From assembly GCF_009914755.1 (NCBI RefSeq), contig NC_060931.1: a stretch of DNA of 64,000 nt; one strand, 5' to 3'. Shown here piece by piece: positions 43,833-64,000 of the stretch; the first letter of the stretch is position 1; each line of letters begins with the position of its first letter. Made by a program: the position numbers and the translations under genes. Source of the DNA: the human T2T-CHM13v2.0 reference genome, Homo sapiens. The notes beneath the pieces are model-generated. The model was given only the letters and a program-made list of their open reading frames with translations. It had not been told where the DNA came from and searched no databases.

Positions 43833-44932
43833 TAAAATACGGACAGAGACCAAAGGACATACACACAGGAAAGAAATAGTTAATTGTGTTACAATGATGA
43901 TATGAGTGTTTTAAAGTATCCACATTATAATTTAGGATTAAAAACCTCTGCTGGGGGCCGGGCCTGGTAGCTCATGCCTATAATCCCAGGACTAGCCTAG
44001 GCAACATAGAAAGACCCCATCTCTGCAAACAAACAAACAAAAAACAAACAAACAAATGTCTGTGCTGGCCACTCCCTCTAATACCTATAGGACAAAGTCC
44101 AAACTTCCCTGCTGGAAGCCTTATAATGGCCTTCCTTGACCATTATATTAAGACCTTACGAGATTCACAACAGGGAATTTAATTTTAATTTTAATTTTTT
44201 TTTTTTGTAGAGAGAGTCTTGATCTGTCACCCAGGCTGGAGTGCAGTGGCATAGATCATGGCACATGCAGCCTTGAAGTCCTGGGCTCAAGCGAACCTCC
44301 TGCTTCAGCCTCCTGAATAGCTGGGACTTCAGGTGTGAGCCATCAGGTAGCTAATATATATATTTTTTGAGATGGAGTCTCACTCTGTTGCCCAGGCTGG
44401 AGTGCAATGGTGCGATCTAGGCTCGCTGCAACCTCTGCCTCCCAGGTTTAAGCAGTTCTCCTGCCTCAGCCTACCGAGTAGCTAGGAAGGCTAGGTTTTG
44501 TTTTGTTTTGTTTTGTTTTTTAGTAGAGACGAGGTTTTGCCATGTTGGCCAGGCTGGTCTCGAACTCCTGGCCTCAAGTGATTCTCCCAAAGTGCTGAGA
44601 TTACAGGTGTGAGCCACTGCACCTGGCCTGTTTTTCTGTCTTCACCTTGGTTGCCCGTCTGGTTGGTAGCATTCAACAGTGCTGACCCCCTCGTCCTTCT
44701 AGAAGTGCAGCATTTCCTGCCTTGGCCTCTGTGACCCTCTCTCTTTTGGATTTCCACCTACCTCTCTGGCATCTATGTCTCAGCCCCTCCACCTTTCACC
44801 TGGACCCTGAGGTCAGGCTCCCTTCTGTCCTCTCGGCTGCTGCCAGAGTGAGCTCTTACAGCTTCAGTTTCCTACTTAAATTCCGCCATGTGGATAAAAA
44901 GGTACAAACATGCATAGGTATGTCATGAATTA

Positions 44933-45436
<504 letters not shown>

Positions 45437-46149
45437 CTAAATGGGGATGTACCCTTGCTGCTCCCAGTACCTGGAACAGGAACATTCTTCTCAGTGTTCT
45501 CCAGCCCTCTATGCCCTCTTACTGTTTTATTTTTTAGACAGGGTCTTGCTCTGTCATCCAGGCTGGAGTGCAGTGTCACCATCATGGCTCACTGCAGCCT
45601 CGACCTCCCAGGTTCAAGTGATTCTCCTGCCTCAGTCTCCTGAGTATCTGGGATTACAGGTATGCGCTACCATGCACGGCTAGCGAATTTTTTATGGAGA
45701 CTGGGTCTCACCATATTGCCCAAGCTGGTCTTGAACTCCTGGGCTGAAGCAATCCTCCCGCCTTCTTTAAACTCATCTCATTGATGCCTTCTCCAGGAAG
45801 CCTGTGCTGTTCCCTCAGCAAGAGGCTTCTTACCTGATCCCCCACAGCCTCTCCTACAGCTCAGCAACGGTTTATGGAATGAAAGGCCTCTCTTGAAGCT
45901 TTGCAGGCACCTGCCTGCCTGAGGTGTTAGCAAATCTGCAGACCCGCCCTGAGGCCATGTGTCTAGTTACCCTGGTCTCTGAATCACAGATGAGCTCTCA
46001 TTTCTTCCCACAAATAAACCCTGTGACCCTCCACCCTCTACTCAGAGAACCCGCCCTCAGGTAGTTCCCTGTTTGTGACATACACACACTTAGCCCTGAG
46101 GCTGGACTGACAGGCCGACCTGGCTGGTGGACTCCAGCCCAAGCCTGCC

Positions 46150-46303
46150 AGCTGCCTGCCGGGGTGGGGGCCTTGGCGGGAGAGGACGGGGCCGGGTGGG
46201 GAGGAAGGCGGGGCCTGAGGCTGTGCGAGGCGAGTCGGTGTGTCCCTGGCTGGGACGGAAGTTGCACCACAAGTACAATTAGTTTCAGTTTTGTTTCTTT
46301 TCC
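46150..46303 (+). promoter_or_regulatory. TRIM56: TRIM56 promoter: GC boxes, ETS site ACGGAAGT (46255-46262), ISRE-like AGTTTCAGTTTTGTTTC (46281-46297)
   Basis: CpG/GC-rich non-repeat DNA upstream of a strong donor; TRIM56 is an established interferon-stimulated gene. Confidence 0.75.
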
Positions 46304-46377
46304 AGGCACCCAGCAACGGCGGCCTCCAGGCCTCAGGCCCCCTCACCATCCTAGAGGTCAAGATCAGCTCTGGCTAG
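46298..46377 (+). other. TRIM56: TRIM56 non-coding exon 1 (5' end approximate)
   Basis: Donor GCTAG|gtaagg at 46377/46378. Confidence 0.65.
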
Positions 46378-47065
46378 GTAAGGGGTGGGGGGCGGCACAG
46401 CTATAGGAAGGACCGAGCGGAGGGAGTAGGGGGAGGGGAGTGGAGAGAGAGCGCGGGAGGAGGAGGAAGGGAAGGAAAGGGAGGGCGTGAAGAGGCACCC
46501 GGAAGGCAGGAGGAGAGGGCAGGAGGGAAACTGCACTCGCCTCCCTCCCGCTCCGTGGCCACAGGTCCCCGCAAGAAAGACCCCGTCCCACTCTCTGAGG
46601 TCTCCTCCCAGCTCCAGAAAAGGGGACATTCCACCTAGTCTGCCCAACAAGTAGGTCTCAGCCACTGTGCCAGGAGCTCGGGACTCCCTCCCTCCAGAGG
46701 TTTCTGGAATGCATTCAGCAGGAAAAGCTAAAAGAACAGGACTCCAGGAGATAAGCCAAGGCCAAGTCTATCAGAGGGTGAGCCAGCAGCGGGAAGGGGA
46801 CCAGCCCTTCCCCTAGCGTTTTTTCTGCCCGCTCCAGAATCCGCTTTAGAAACTGTTAAATGCAGAAAGTGGGGCCTCCACCACCCGCGATGCTGCCCCA
46901 GGTCTAGCAGAAGACAGGTGTAAGGCCAGGCGGGTGCGGTGGCTCATGCCTGTAATCCTAATGCTTTGGGAAGGCCGAGACGGGAGGATAGCCTGAGGCC
47001 AGGAGTTGGAGACCAGCCTGGGCAACATAGCAAGACCCCATCTCTACAAAAAGTGATAATTTTTA

Positions 47066-47526
<461 letters not shown>

Positions 47527-47820
47527 CTAAAATAAAATAAAAAGAAGGCAGGTGTATGGGGCTTGGAGGATTAAAGCCCCCTAAGCTACTGCAAGATCCT
47601 ACCCCAACTGGCAGGACCTAGGCATCTCTGCCCACTGGGATCCCCGTCTGTGTCCTTACTGCCTGCTCCTCGCACCCTGGCACCCTATACAGCAGGACCC
47701 CAGTACCTGTGCACACAGGAGGGCTTCCACCATGTTTGCCACAAGGCCTGTGGACTGGGGACACTGAGGATTCGATTATTAGCTAAGGCCAGGGACTCCT
47801 GGTCTTGTCAGTTCTCACAG

Positions 47821-47974
47821 GTCTGACCCAACAAGTAGCACTGACATTTTTACGTTTGCTGGATGTACACACGGAAGTGGAGGAGGAGGAGGAGAAGGAG
47901 GAGGGCAGCTCCTTAGCTCAAGAGCAAGTGGCCCAAGGCCTCAGAAGACTAGAAGGAAGTTCCTGGCCATTCAG
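47821..47974 (+). other. TRIM56: TRIM56 non-coding exon 2
   Basis: ttctcacag|GT...TCAG|gtgaga; purine-rich ESE-like interior. Confidence 0.72.
47863..47916 (+). CDS. Upstream [20 protein letters not shown] in the TRIM56 leader (translation unproven)
   Basis: ATG 47863, TAG 47914-47916; only ATG in the predicted spliced leader. Confidence 0.45.
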   Translation: MYTRKWRRRRRRRRAAP

Positions 47975-48118
47975 GTGAGACCTCAGGTTCCTTCCCGGCC
48001 ATTTGGGTCAGCCCCTAGCCCTGGGGATCCGTGGGGCTTGAGGACGGGCGGTAGAAGCTAGAGGGTGAGCTGGTGAAGGTGCCTTCTCAACTCTGATCCT
48101 GACGCCTCTGCCTGCAGC

Positions 48119-50386
48119 ATGGTTTCCCACGGGTCCTCGCCCTCCCTCCTGGAGGCCCTGAGCAGCGACTTCCTGGCCTGTAAAATCTGCCTGGAGCAGC
48201 TGCGGGCACCCAAGACACTGCCCTGCCTGCATACCTACTGCCAAGACTGCCTGGCACAGCTGGCGGATGGCGGCCGCGTCCGCTGCCCCGAGTGCCGCGA
48301 GACAGTGCCTGTGCCGCCCGAGGGTGTGGCCTCCTTCAAGACCAACTTCTTCGTCAATGGGCTGCTGGACCTGGTGAAGGCCCGGGCCTGTGGAGACCTG
48401 CGTGCCGGGAAGCCAGCCTGTGCCCTGTGTCCCCTGGTGGGTGGCACCAGCACCGGGGGGCCGGCCACGGCCCGGTGCCTGGACTGTGCCGATGACTTGT
48501 GCCAGGCCTGTGCCGACGGGCACCGCTGCACCCGCCAGACCCACACCCACCGCGTGGTGGACCTGGTGGGCTACAGGGCCGGGTGGTATGATGAGGAGGC
48601 CCGGGAGCGCCAAGCGGCCCAGTGTCCCCAGCACCCCGGGGAGGCACTGCGCTTCCTGTGCCAGCCCTGCTCACAGTTGCTGTGCAGAGAGTGCCGCCTA
48701 GACCCCCACCTGGACCACCCCTGCCTGCCTCTGGCTGAAGCTGTGCGTGCCCGGAGGCCGGGCCTGGAGGGACTGCTGGCCGGTGTGGACAATAACCTGG
48801 TGGAGCTGGAGGCAGCGCGGAGGGTGGAGAAGGAGGCGCTAGCCCGGCTGCGGGAGCAGGCGGCCCGGGTGGGGACTCAGGTGGAGGAGGCGGCTGAGGG
48901 CGTCCTCCGGGCCCTGCTGGCCCAGAAGCAGGAGGTGCTGGGGCAGCTACGAGCCCACGTGGAGGCTGCCGAAGAAGCTGCTCGGGAGAGGCTGGCGGAG
49001 CTTGAGGGCCGGGAGCAGGTGGCCAGGGCCGCAGCCGCCTTCGCCCGCCGGGTACTCAGCCTGGGGCGAGAGGCCGAGATCCTCTCCCTGGAAGGGGCGA
49101 TCGCACAGCGGCTCAGGCAGCTGCAGGGCTGCCCCTGGGCACCAGGCCCGGCCCCCTGCCTGCTCCCACAGCTGGAGCTCCATCCTGGGCTCCTGGACAA
49201 GAACTGCCACCTTCTTCGGCTGTCCTTTGAGGAGCAGCAGCCCCAGAAGGATGGTGGGAAAGACGGAGCTGGTACCCAGGGAGGTGAGGAGAGCCAGAGC
49301 CGGAGGGAGGATGAGCCGAAGACTGAGAGACAGGGTGGAGTCCAGCCCCAGGCTGGAGATGGAGCCCAGACCCCAAAAGAGGAAAAAGCCCAGACAACCC
49401 GAGAAGAGGGAGCCCAGACCTTGGAGGAGGACAGGGCCCAGACACCCCACGAGGATGGAGGACCCCAGCCCCACAGGGGTGGCAGACCCAACAAGAAGAA
49501 AAAGTTCAAAGGCAGGCTCAAGTCAATTTCCCGGGAGCCCAGCCCAGCCCTGGGGCCGAATCTGGACGGCTCTGGCCTCCTCCCCAGACCCATCTTTTAC
49601 TGCAGTTTCCCCACGCGGATGCCTGGAGACAAGCGGTCCCCCCGGATCACCGGGCTCTGTCCCTTCGGTCCCCGGGAGATCCTGGTGGCGGATGAGCAGA
49701 ACCGGGCACTGAAACGCTTCTCCCTCAACGGCGACTACAAGGGCACCGTGCCGGTCCCTGAGGGCTGCTCCCCTTGCAGCGTGGCCGCCCTGCAGAGCGC
49801 GGTGGCCTTCTCCGCTAGCGCACGGCTCTATCTCATCAACCCCAACGGCGAAGTGCAGTGGCGCAGGGCCCTGAGCCTCTCCCAGGCCAGCCACGCGGTG
49901 GCGGCACTGCCTAGCGGGGACCGCGTGGCTGTCAGCGTGGCGGGCCACGTGGAGGTGTACAATATGGAAGGCAGCCTGGCCACCCGGTTCATTCCTGGAG
50001 GCAAGGCCAGCCGGGGCCTGCGGGCGCTGGTGTTTCTGACCACCAGCCCCCAGGGGCATTTCGTGGGGTCGGACTGGCAGCAGAATAGTGTGGTAATCTG
50101 TGATGGGCTGGGCCAGGTGGTTGGGGAGTACAAGGGGCCAGGCCTGCATGGCTGCCAGCCGGGCTCCGTGTCTGTGGATAAGAAGGGCTACATCTTTCTG
50201 ACCCTTCGAGAAGTCAACAAGGTGGTGATCCTGGACCCGAAGGGGTCCCTCCTTGGAGACTTCCTGACAGCCTACCACGGCCTGGAAAAGCCCCGGGTTA
50301 CCACCATGGTGGATGGCAGGTACCTGGTCGTGTCCCTCAGTAACGGGACCATCCACATCTTTCGGGTCCGTTCTCCGGACAGTTAA
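48119..50386 (+). CDS. TRIM56: E3 ubiquitin ligase TRIM56 (RING, B-boxes, coiled coil, disordered linker, NHL-like repeats), single coding exon
   Basis: 755-aa ORF; C3HC4 RING CKIC..CLHTYCQDC..CPEC, B-box CPQH..CQPC..CREC..H..H; acceptor ctgcag|C ATG G with strong Kozak. Confidence 0.98.
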   Translation: MVSHGSSPSLLEALSSDFLACKICLEQLRAPKTLPCLHTYCQDCLAQLADGGRVRCPECRETVPVPPEGVASFKTNFFVNGLLDLVKARACGDLRAGKPACALCPLVGGTSTGGPATARCLDCADDLCQACADGHRCTRQTHTHRVVDLVGYRAGWYDEEARERQAAQCPQHPGEALRFLCQPCSQLLCRECRLDPHLDHPCLPLAEAVRARRPGLEGLLAGVDNNLVELEAARRVEKEALARLREQAARVGTQVEEAAEGVLRALLAQKQEVLGQLRAHVEAAEEAARERLAELEGREQVARAAAAFARRVLSLGREAEILSLEGAIAQRLRQLQGCPWAPGPAPCLLPQLELHPGLLDKNCHLLRLSFEEQQPQKDGGKDGAGTQGGEESQSRREDEPKTERQGGVQPQAGDGAQTPKEEKAQTTREEGAQTLEEDRAQTPHEDGGPQPHRGGRPNKKKKFKGRLKSISREPSPALGPNLDGSGLLPRPIFYCSFPTRMPGDKRSPRITGLCPFGPREILVADEQNRALKRFSLNGDYKGTVPVPEGCSPCSVAALQSAVAFSASARLYLINPNGEVQWRRALSLSQASHAVAALPSGDRVAVSVAGHVEVYNMEGSLATRFIPGGKASRGLRALVFLTTSPQGHFVGSDWQQNSVVICDGLGQVVGEYKGPGLHGCQPGSVSVDKKGYIFLTLREVNKVVILDPKGSLLGDFLTAYHGLEKPRVTTMVDGRYLVVSLSNGTIHIFRVRSPDS

Positions 50387-51096
50387 AGGGGCTAGGACTA
50401 GGGTGAGAGGGAGTGGGGAGGGAGAGGGCAGGAAGGAGGCAGAGCTGTCCGTGGGAGGTGGAGGCCGAGGACATTTTCCTGAAGGGCAGGGGTTGGCAAC
50501 TTTTCAACATGGAGTGGCAAACTGCTAACCCGTCTTCTAGTGTGTGAGAATAGGGACCAAGGTGGTGGCGTGACCTTAACTCTCAGAAGCAGAGGAGGCA
50601 GGTGGGTGGAGGGGGATGCTGGGAGTTCACCTGCCTCTTGCTTTTTGTGGGTGGCTGCTGCCACCACCGCCGCTGCTATATAGTTTAGGTTTCTGAGGTT
50701 TGTGAGCCTGTCCTGCTTTGCATTCTTCAAAACCATTCCTGATAGAGTAGCCGAGGGAGAGTCTTGGGGCCAAGAAGGGCCCAGGGTGGGTCAGGCGTGT
50801 GCACTGTGGAACAGAGCTGAGACCCCGGCCCCCCTTGGACTGGCACAGGGTCCTACAGAGTCAGAGGAGGCCTGAGATTTCGAATGGGCAGTGAATGGCC
50901 TCTTCTGCCAGCCACAGGCAGGATGCTCCTTGATCACGGCATCCCCCGGCGGTAGTACAGGGTGAGCTTGCAGGAGGGTCTGCAAGTGCAGACAGCAGCT
51001 GGGGCCAAAGAGGTGTTAGGTTCAAAGGCTGCGAAGAGAATAGGCTACTGGAAAACCAAACCCAACAGAATTCACGTCCAAAAATCCACATTCTCC

Positions 51097-51130
51097 ATCG
51101 CTTCTCAGCCTTTTGGCTAAGATTAAGTAT
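51097..51130 (+). pseudogene. 3'-truncated U2 snRNA fragment (nt 1-34)
   Basis: ATCGCTTCTCAGCCTTTTGGCTAAGATTAAGTAT, 31/34 to the recalled U2 5' end, then A-run. Confidence 0.85.
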
Positions 51131-51148
51131 TAAAAAAAAACCAGGCTC

Positions 51149-51450
51149 TGCCAGGCGCAGTGGCTCATGCCTATAATCCCGGCACTTTGGGAGTCTGTGG
51201 CAGGAGGATTGCTTGAGGCCAGGAGTTTGAGACCAGCCTGGGCAACATAGCGAGACCCCATCTCTACAAAAGATTAAAAATTAGCTGCGTGTAGTAGCAT
51301 ATGCCTTTCAACGTAGCTACTCAGGAGGCTGAGGTGGGAGGATCCCTTGAGCCGAGGAGTTTGAGTCTGCAGTGAGCTATGATCGCACCACTGCATTCCA
51401 GACCCCATCTCGAAAAAAAAAAAAAAAAAAAAAAACAGAAACAACAGAAA
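51149..51450 (+). mobile_element. Alu (AluJ-like)
   Basis: Alu dimer with poly-A. Confidence 0.88.
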
Positions 51451-51463
51451 AAGCAGGTTATCC

Positions 51464-51489
51464 ATCACTTCTCAGCTAAGATCAAGTGT
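51464..51489 (+). pseudogene. Second U2 5' fragment with an 8-nt internal deletion
   Basis: ATCACTTCTCAG-CTAAGATCAAGTGT followed by (TAAA)n. Confidence 0.7.
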
Positions 51490-51494
51490 TAAAA

Positions 51495-51529
<35 letters not shown>

Positions 51530-52237
51530 ATACCAAGTTATGAGTGTCAGAGCAGGGGAGCCCTCCACGCAGCCACGGAGCCAGTCTGAGGGAAGAGGTA
51601 CATAGGATAGAAAAATCTCTAGGCTCCAACGCTTCTGCTTCGGTGTCTTTCCATTTCCCAGGGTCTATGTGTTGCCTTCTCTTCATTTTCCAGCAAAATT
51701 CCTTTTGAGATATGTTGGCCTTCACTCGGCTGAACTAGGGGGTGAAGGAAGGTTGTCCTCTGTGGGCCACTATTGCTGGGGAAACAGCTAAACCCTGCAG
51801 GCCAAGTGGAACTTGGAGGTGCCAAGAAAACCTAGAAGGTGCAATGGGGCTGCGACGGATAGAGGTGTCAAACCAGAAGGGAGGAACCCGTCGGAGGTGG
51901 GCTGTGACCACCGGACCTTTTCATAAGTGGTGGCAGTGGTAGAATTGAGGGGGCAAGTAGGCTTGGAGAATGTTTTTAGCCAGGGGCTGTTGAGAGATGG
52001 CAGAAGGGGGTCTTAATGTGGGGACTGTGGACAGTGGGGCATTCGTGGGAACCAGAGGGATTTTGGACAAGTCCAGATGGAATGTGCAGGGCATAGGTAG
52101 AGGGAAAAGAAAATCCCTTTCTGGGAAAACCATTTCTTGTTTATTGAAACAATGCAGGACATCATCAAAGTCCGGGTGGACACATTCCATTATCTACAAA
52201 TTACAAAGGTAGGCACAGCAAAGAATAATGAAGATTA

Positions 52238-54163
<1,926 letters not shown>

Positions 54164-54259
54164 AAGAAAACCAAGAAGATGGGAAAACCATGCAGAATTG
54201 ATTTGACGAGGAAAGCCTTGGTCTCTAATACATGCAATGACTAGAACAGTATTTGGTCA

Positions 54260-57219
<2,960 letters not shown>

Positions 57220-57249
57220 TCAAGAAATGGGAAGAGAATGAGGGAGCAG

Positions 57250-57430
57250 AGACCTGGGTTGAGTGTTGGCTCTGCACTAAACAGCTGTGTGATCTTGGTC
57301 TAGTGCCTTAACCTCTCTGAGCCTCAGTTTGTACATCAGTAACATTGGGATAATGACATCCACATGCCCACTTCACAGAGCTGCTGTGAGGACTGGATGA
57401 GAAATGTAGAGAAGTATTTCGGACACCATA
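57250..57430 (+). mobile_element. MIR
   Basis: CTGTGTGATCTTGG..TTAACCTCTCTGAGCCTCAGTTT core. Confidence 0.8.
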
Positions 57431-58655
57431 AAGCTCAAATACAAGGTGTTGGTTAGGAAAAGTTTCAACTGACTTGTACCCACCTGATACCCCTCCATCA
57501 GCATAAGCGTGTATGAGGATGTTAGGTACATGTGTTGTGAGTGAAAGCTCTGGAACACCCGAGTAGAGCTTTCTGCAAATCAGCTTCTCCTTCAGAGGAG
57601 ACCATTTTGTTTTGCTTTCCAGCAGTTACTTGAAGAAGCCTTATCTGAAGTCACAACAGTGACTTCAGGAATAGAAGGGACCAATGGCCAGCTTGCTGAA
57701 ATGTAATGCCATTCTTAAAAGCCAGCTAAGAATCAGACCGTATTAGTTAAGGACCCATAAGAGTAGACATTTAGAAAAAGTGAAAAATGGCAAGAGTGGC
57801 CCAATCTTTTGAGAGTTTAGAGAAAATATCATTTGGAAAGGGAGTAGCTCTCCTTCTATTTTAGCCTTATTATTACGGTATCTATAAAGCAATGCCATAT
57901 TCTAAATCTGCAGAAATAAAATTCTAAGGGGCGAAAGTCCAAGGCAGAAGTCAAAAGTTTTGCAAGGAAACCGATGAGGTTGCTGACCTGAGCTGGGCAG
58001 GGTTGAACAGGCGAGTGCCAAGATCAAGGTCTCTGATTGTCTCTCCTTGAAAGGTAAGCAGAGAACTAGGGCTATCCCATAAATTAAGTGGGAGATTGGA
58101 AAGGGGTGCGGACTTCTGTATTGGGGAGAAGGTCTTGGATGAACTGGGGCAGAGAACTGCCAGAGAGAGTACCTAGGAATACGTTGTTAGCAGGAGAAAG
58201 ACCAAGTTCAGATGCAGACTTGGGAAAGTAGGTAACTTGACCAAAGGTAGCAAAATTAGACTACCCAACTGGATTGTGAATGCAGTTTATGAAATGGATC
58301 AGGACAGGAGCAAAAATAGATTTTCTAGAAACTGCAGACTCCTGTGATTGGAGCAGTATACAAAGTACAGCAACATCAGACTAGATCTCACCTGAGGTGC
58401 TGGGTGAGAAATCTTAGGGACCAGATGGAAGAGGGCCTGTGTATAAAGACATTAGGAAGGAGGTTTGGGAGGGCAGCCTGACTTGTCTCCAGAGAAAGTT
58501 AGAACTGGTTGACTTAGCAACCAAGGGACACTGGGTCAAAGACGAGGAATCAGGACGTCGGTGCCTAGTGACTGAGCGCCAGCCCAGCCCATTTCTCTAC
58601 ATTGCCATGGGCTAAACCCAGTGTGCTGTAAACTCTTCAGTTCCTTTGGTTATGG

Positions 58656-60123
<1,468 letters not shown>

Positions 60124-60658
60124 TAACCTGGTATCCAAGAGCCCCCAAAAAAGCTTCCTTCCTCTCCCCTCCAAGTTTTCCCAAAGAGGAAGAGGAATGA
60201 TCTCAGCCTCTGGCCTCCCCATCAAATACAGGAGAACCGATAGCAGTGGCTGAGATCTTGCCTTCGCCTGCTCCCCATCCATTGACTCCCAGAAGCCTTC
60301 ACATTCTGTTACATATGAGAAAACCAACCGAGGCTTGGCGAGGCTTGCTCAGAATAAGTCGATTTCAATTTAGACTGAGAACTGTCTGACTCCAAAGCTG
60401 CCCTTCCTAGCACCCAATGCCCAGTTCTCTGCCTTCTCAAGCAGCTCAAATCCTGGCCGAGTCACTTGAGCCTATCTGTATCTCTGTTTCCTCATTTATA
60501 AGATGAGTGAGTGGATGAAATAAGATCTGAGATGCTAAGCCGGGTACAGTGGCTCACGCCTGTAATCCCGGCACTTTGGGAGGCCAAGGTGGGCAGATCA
60601 CCTGAGATTGGGAGTTGAAGACCAGCCTGACCAACATGGTGAAACCCCGTCTCTACTA

Positions 60659-60857
<199 letters not shown>

Positions 60858-60999
60858 CTAATAAACCAGGCCCTGGTCCCTATTAGGAGAGGTCTGGAAT
60901 TTTGACCTAAGGGGGGTGCTCAGAGACACACCATGCACCCTGCTGGCATCCTGTTCAAGGCCCCCAAGACGGAGATGGAGAGACACAATGACAAGCGGG

Positions 61000-61145
61000 G
61001 AGGGAATGCTTTGAATGGCTTGGCGGGGGAGAGGGCCCTCGGCTGCCGGTGACAGCCTGAATAAGAATTCTGCAATTCATCCTCTGATGACTCAGCTAGT
61101 TGGACCGGCGCCTCTGCCAACCCTGGGGAGCATGAGTCAGCAGCT
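61000..61145. promoter_or_regulatory. Candidate enhancer: TEAD GGAATG plus two AP-1/ARE sites
   Basis: GGAATG 61003-61008; ATGACTCAGC 61087-61096; ATGAGTCAGCA 61132-61142 in non-repeat DNA. Confidence 0.55.
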
Positions 61146-61858
61146 GAGGGGGCCGATGGCAGGAGAGATCGCTGTGGTCCATGTGAGCAGTGACTGTAGG
61201 GAGAACGGCCTGTTCCCAGCTCCTAACCCCAAGGCGGAGCATCTGCCTCTGCGGTCGGACACACACGGGCCTCAGGTTCTTAGCCATGTGGCCAAGCCTC
61301 CTCCCTCAGACCCGATCTCTCCTCCTTTGCACTAGTGCAGTCACAGCCCCAGAAACGCAGGGGTCACGTCTGCTCCCCACAGCCTTGGTGAGCAGCCGTA
61401 TCTGCAACAAGAGACTCTGCTCCTCCCTCCTCTTCACTCTTTCCGTGGGGTTAGATTGACCTCCCAAGCACAGCAACGAAGCCCATGCCGGAGAAGAGGA
61501 GAAGGAGGGACGTGGCGCAGGCCAGGTACATGGCTGGGCAGATGGCCACGGCGTCCTTCCCTGCTTCTGGGGGTTGGGGAATGGGTTTCTCGGGGGTTGA
61601 TATTTTTGCTCAGGGGCCAACTCAGAAAACCTTCCTTCACACTTGGAAACAGCCGTATCTATGTTGCCTCCCGTGATCGTAGGTTAGGGACGGTCCATCC
61701 ACTTATTCACTTATTAGAAGAAAACAGCCAAAGCAAGCCAAGGTGCAGCAGACCCCCGAGTCCAGAGAGCTGCTGGTGGCACAAGGCCGCAGAGTGAGGC
61801 GCACACGCAGACCTCACCCCCTCCAGCAATGCCTGCCTGCCATGCCTGGCAGCTCTGA

Positions 61859-64000
<2,142 letters not shown>

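Noticed and set aside
48008-50356. Overlapping alternative-frame and antisense ORFs within TRIM56 (up to 277 aa)
   Set aside because: Expected in GC-rich coding DNA; the 49002 ORF starts at TTG and its first ATG (49251) is far from the cap; no recognisable domains
51097-51489. Functional U2 snRNA gene
   Set aside because: Only 34 nt or less present, no Sm site, no PSE or 3' box, A-rich tails

Overview
Human (primate) genomic DNA, recognised from the encoded proteins as the chr7q22.1 MUC17-TRIM56 locus. Bases 1-19.7 kb hold the 3' part of the transmembrane mucin gene MUC17 (+ strand): the end of the 177-bp (59-aa) PTS tandem-repeat exon, ten small coding exons (EGF-like, SEA with GSVVV, second EGF-like, TM, tail ending in PDZ motif TTSF) and the 3'UTR. 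A repeat-dense intergenic block follows (~20-46 kb: Alu, L1, L2, MaLR and ERV1 LTRs). TRIM56 (+) comes next, with a GC-rich ISRE/ETS promoter, two non-coding exons, one 755-codon coding exon, and a probable ~8 kb 3'UTR carrying two U2 fragments, Alus and a full-length SVA. The last 5 kb is intergenic with a candidate AP-1/ARE/TEAD enhancer. No CRISPR or prokaryotic system is present. Best leads: (1) an in-frame upstream acceptor that would restore a complete extra EGF-like module to MUC17; (2) a poly-arginine uORF ([17 protein letters not shown]) that is the only uAUG in the predicted TRIM56 leader; (3) an SVA that supplies the only antisense-Alu partner plus an extra poly(A) signal in the TRIM56 3'UTR; (4) paired U2 5' fragments. 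Repeat subfamily calls and exon numbering are from recall and by-eye comparison, not database searches.
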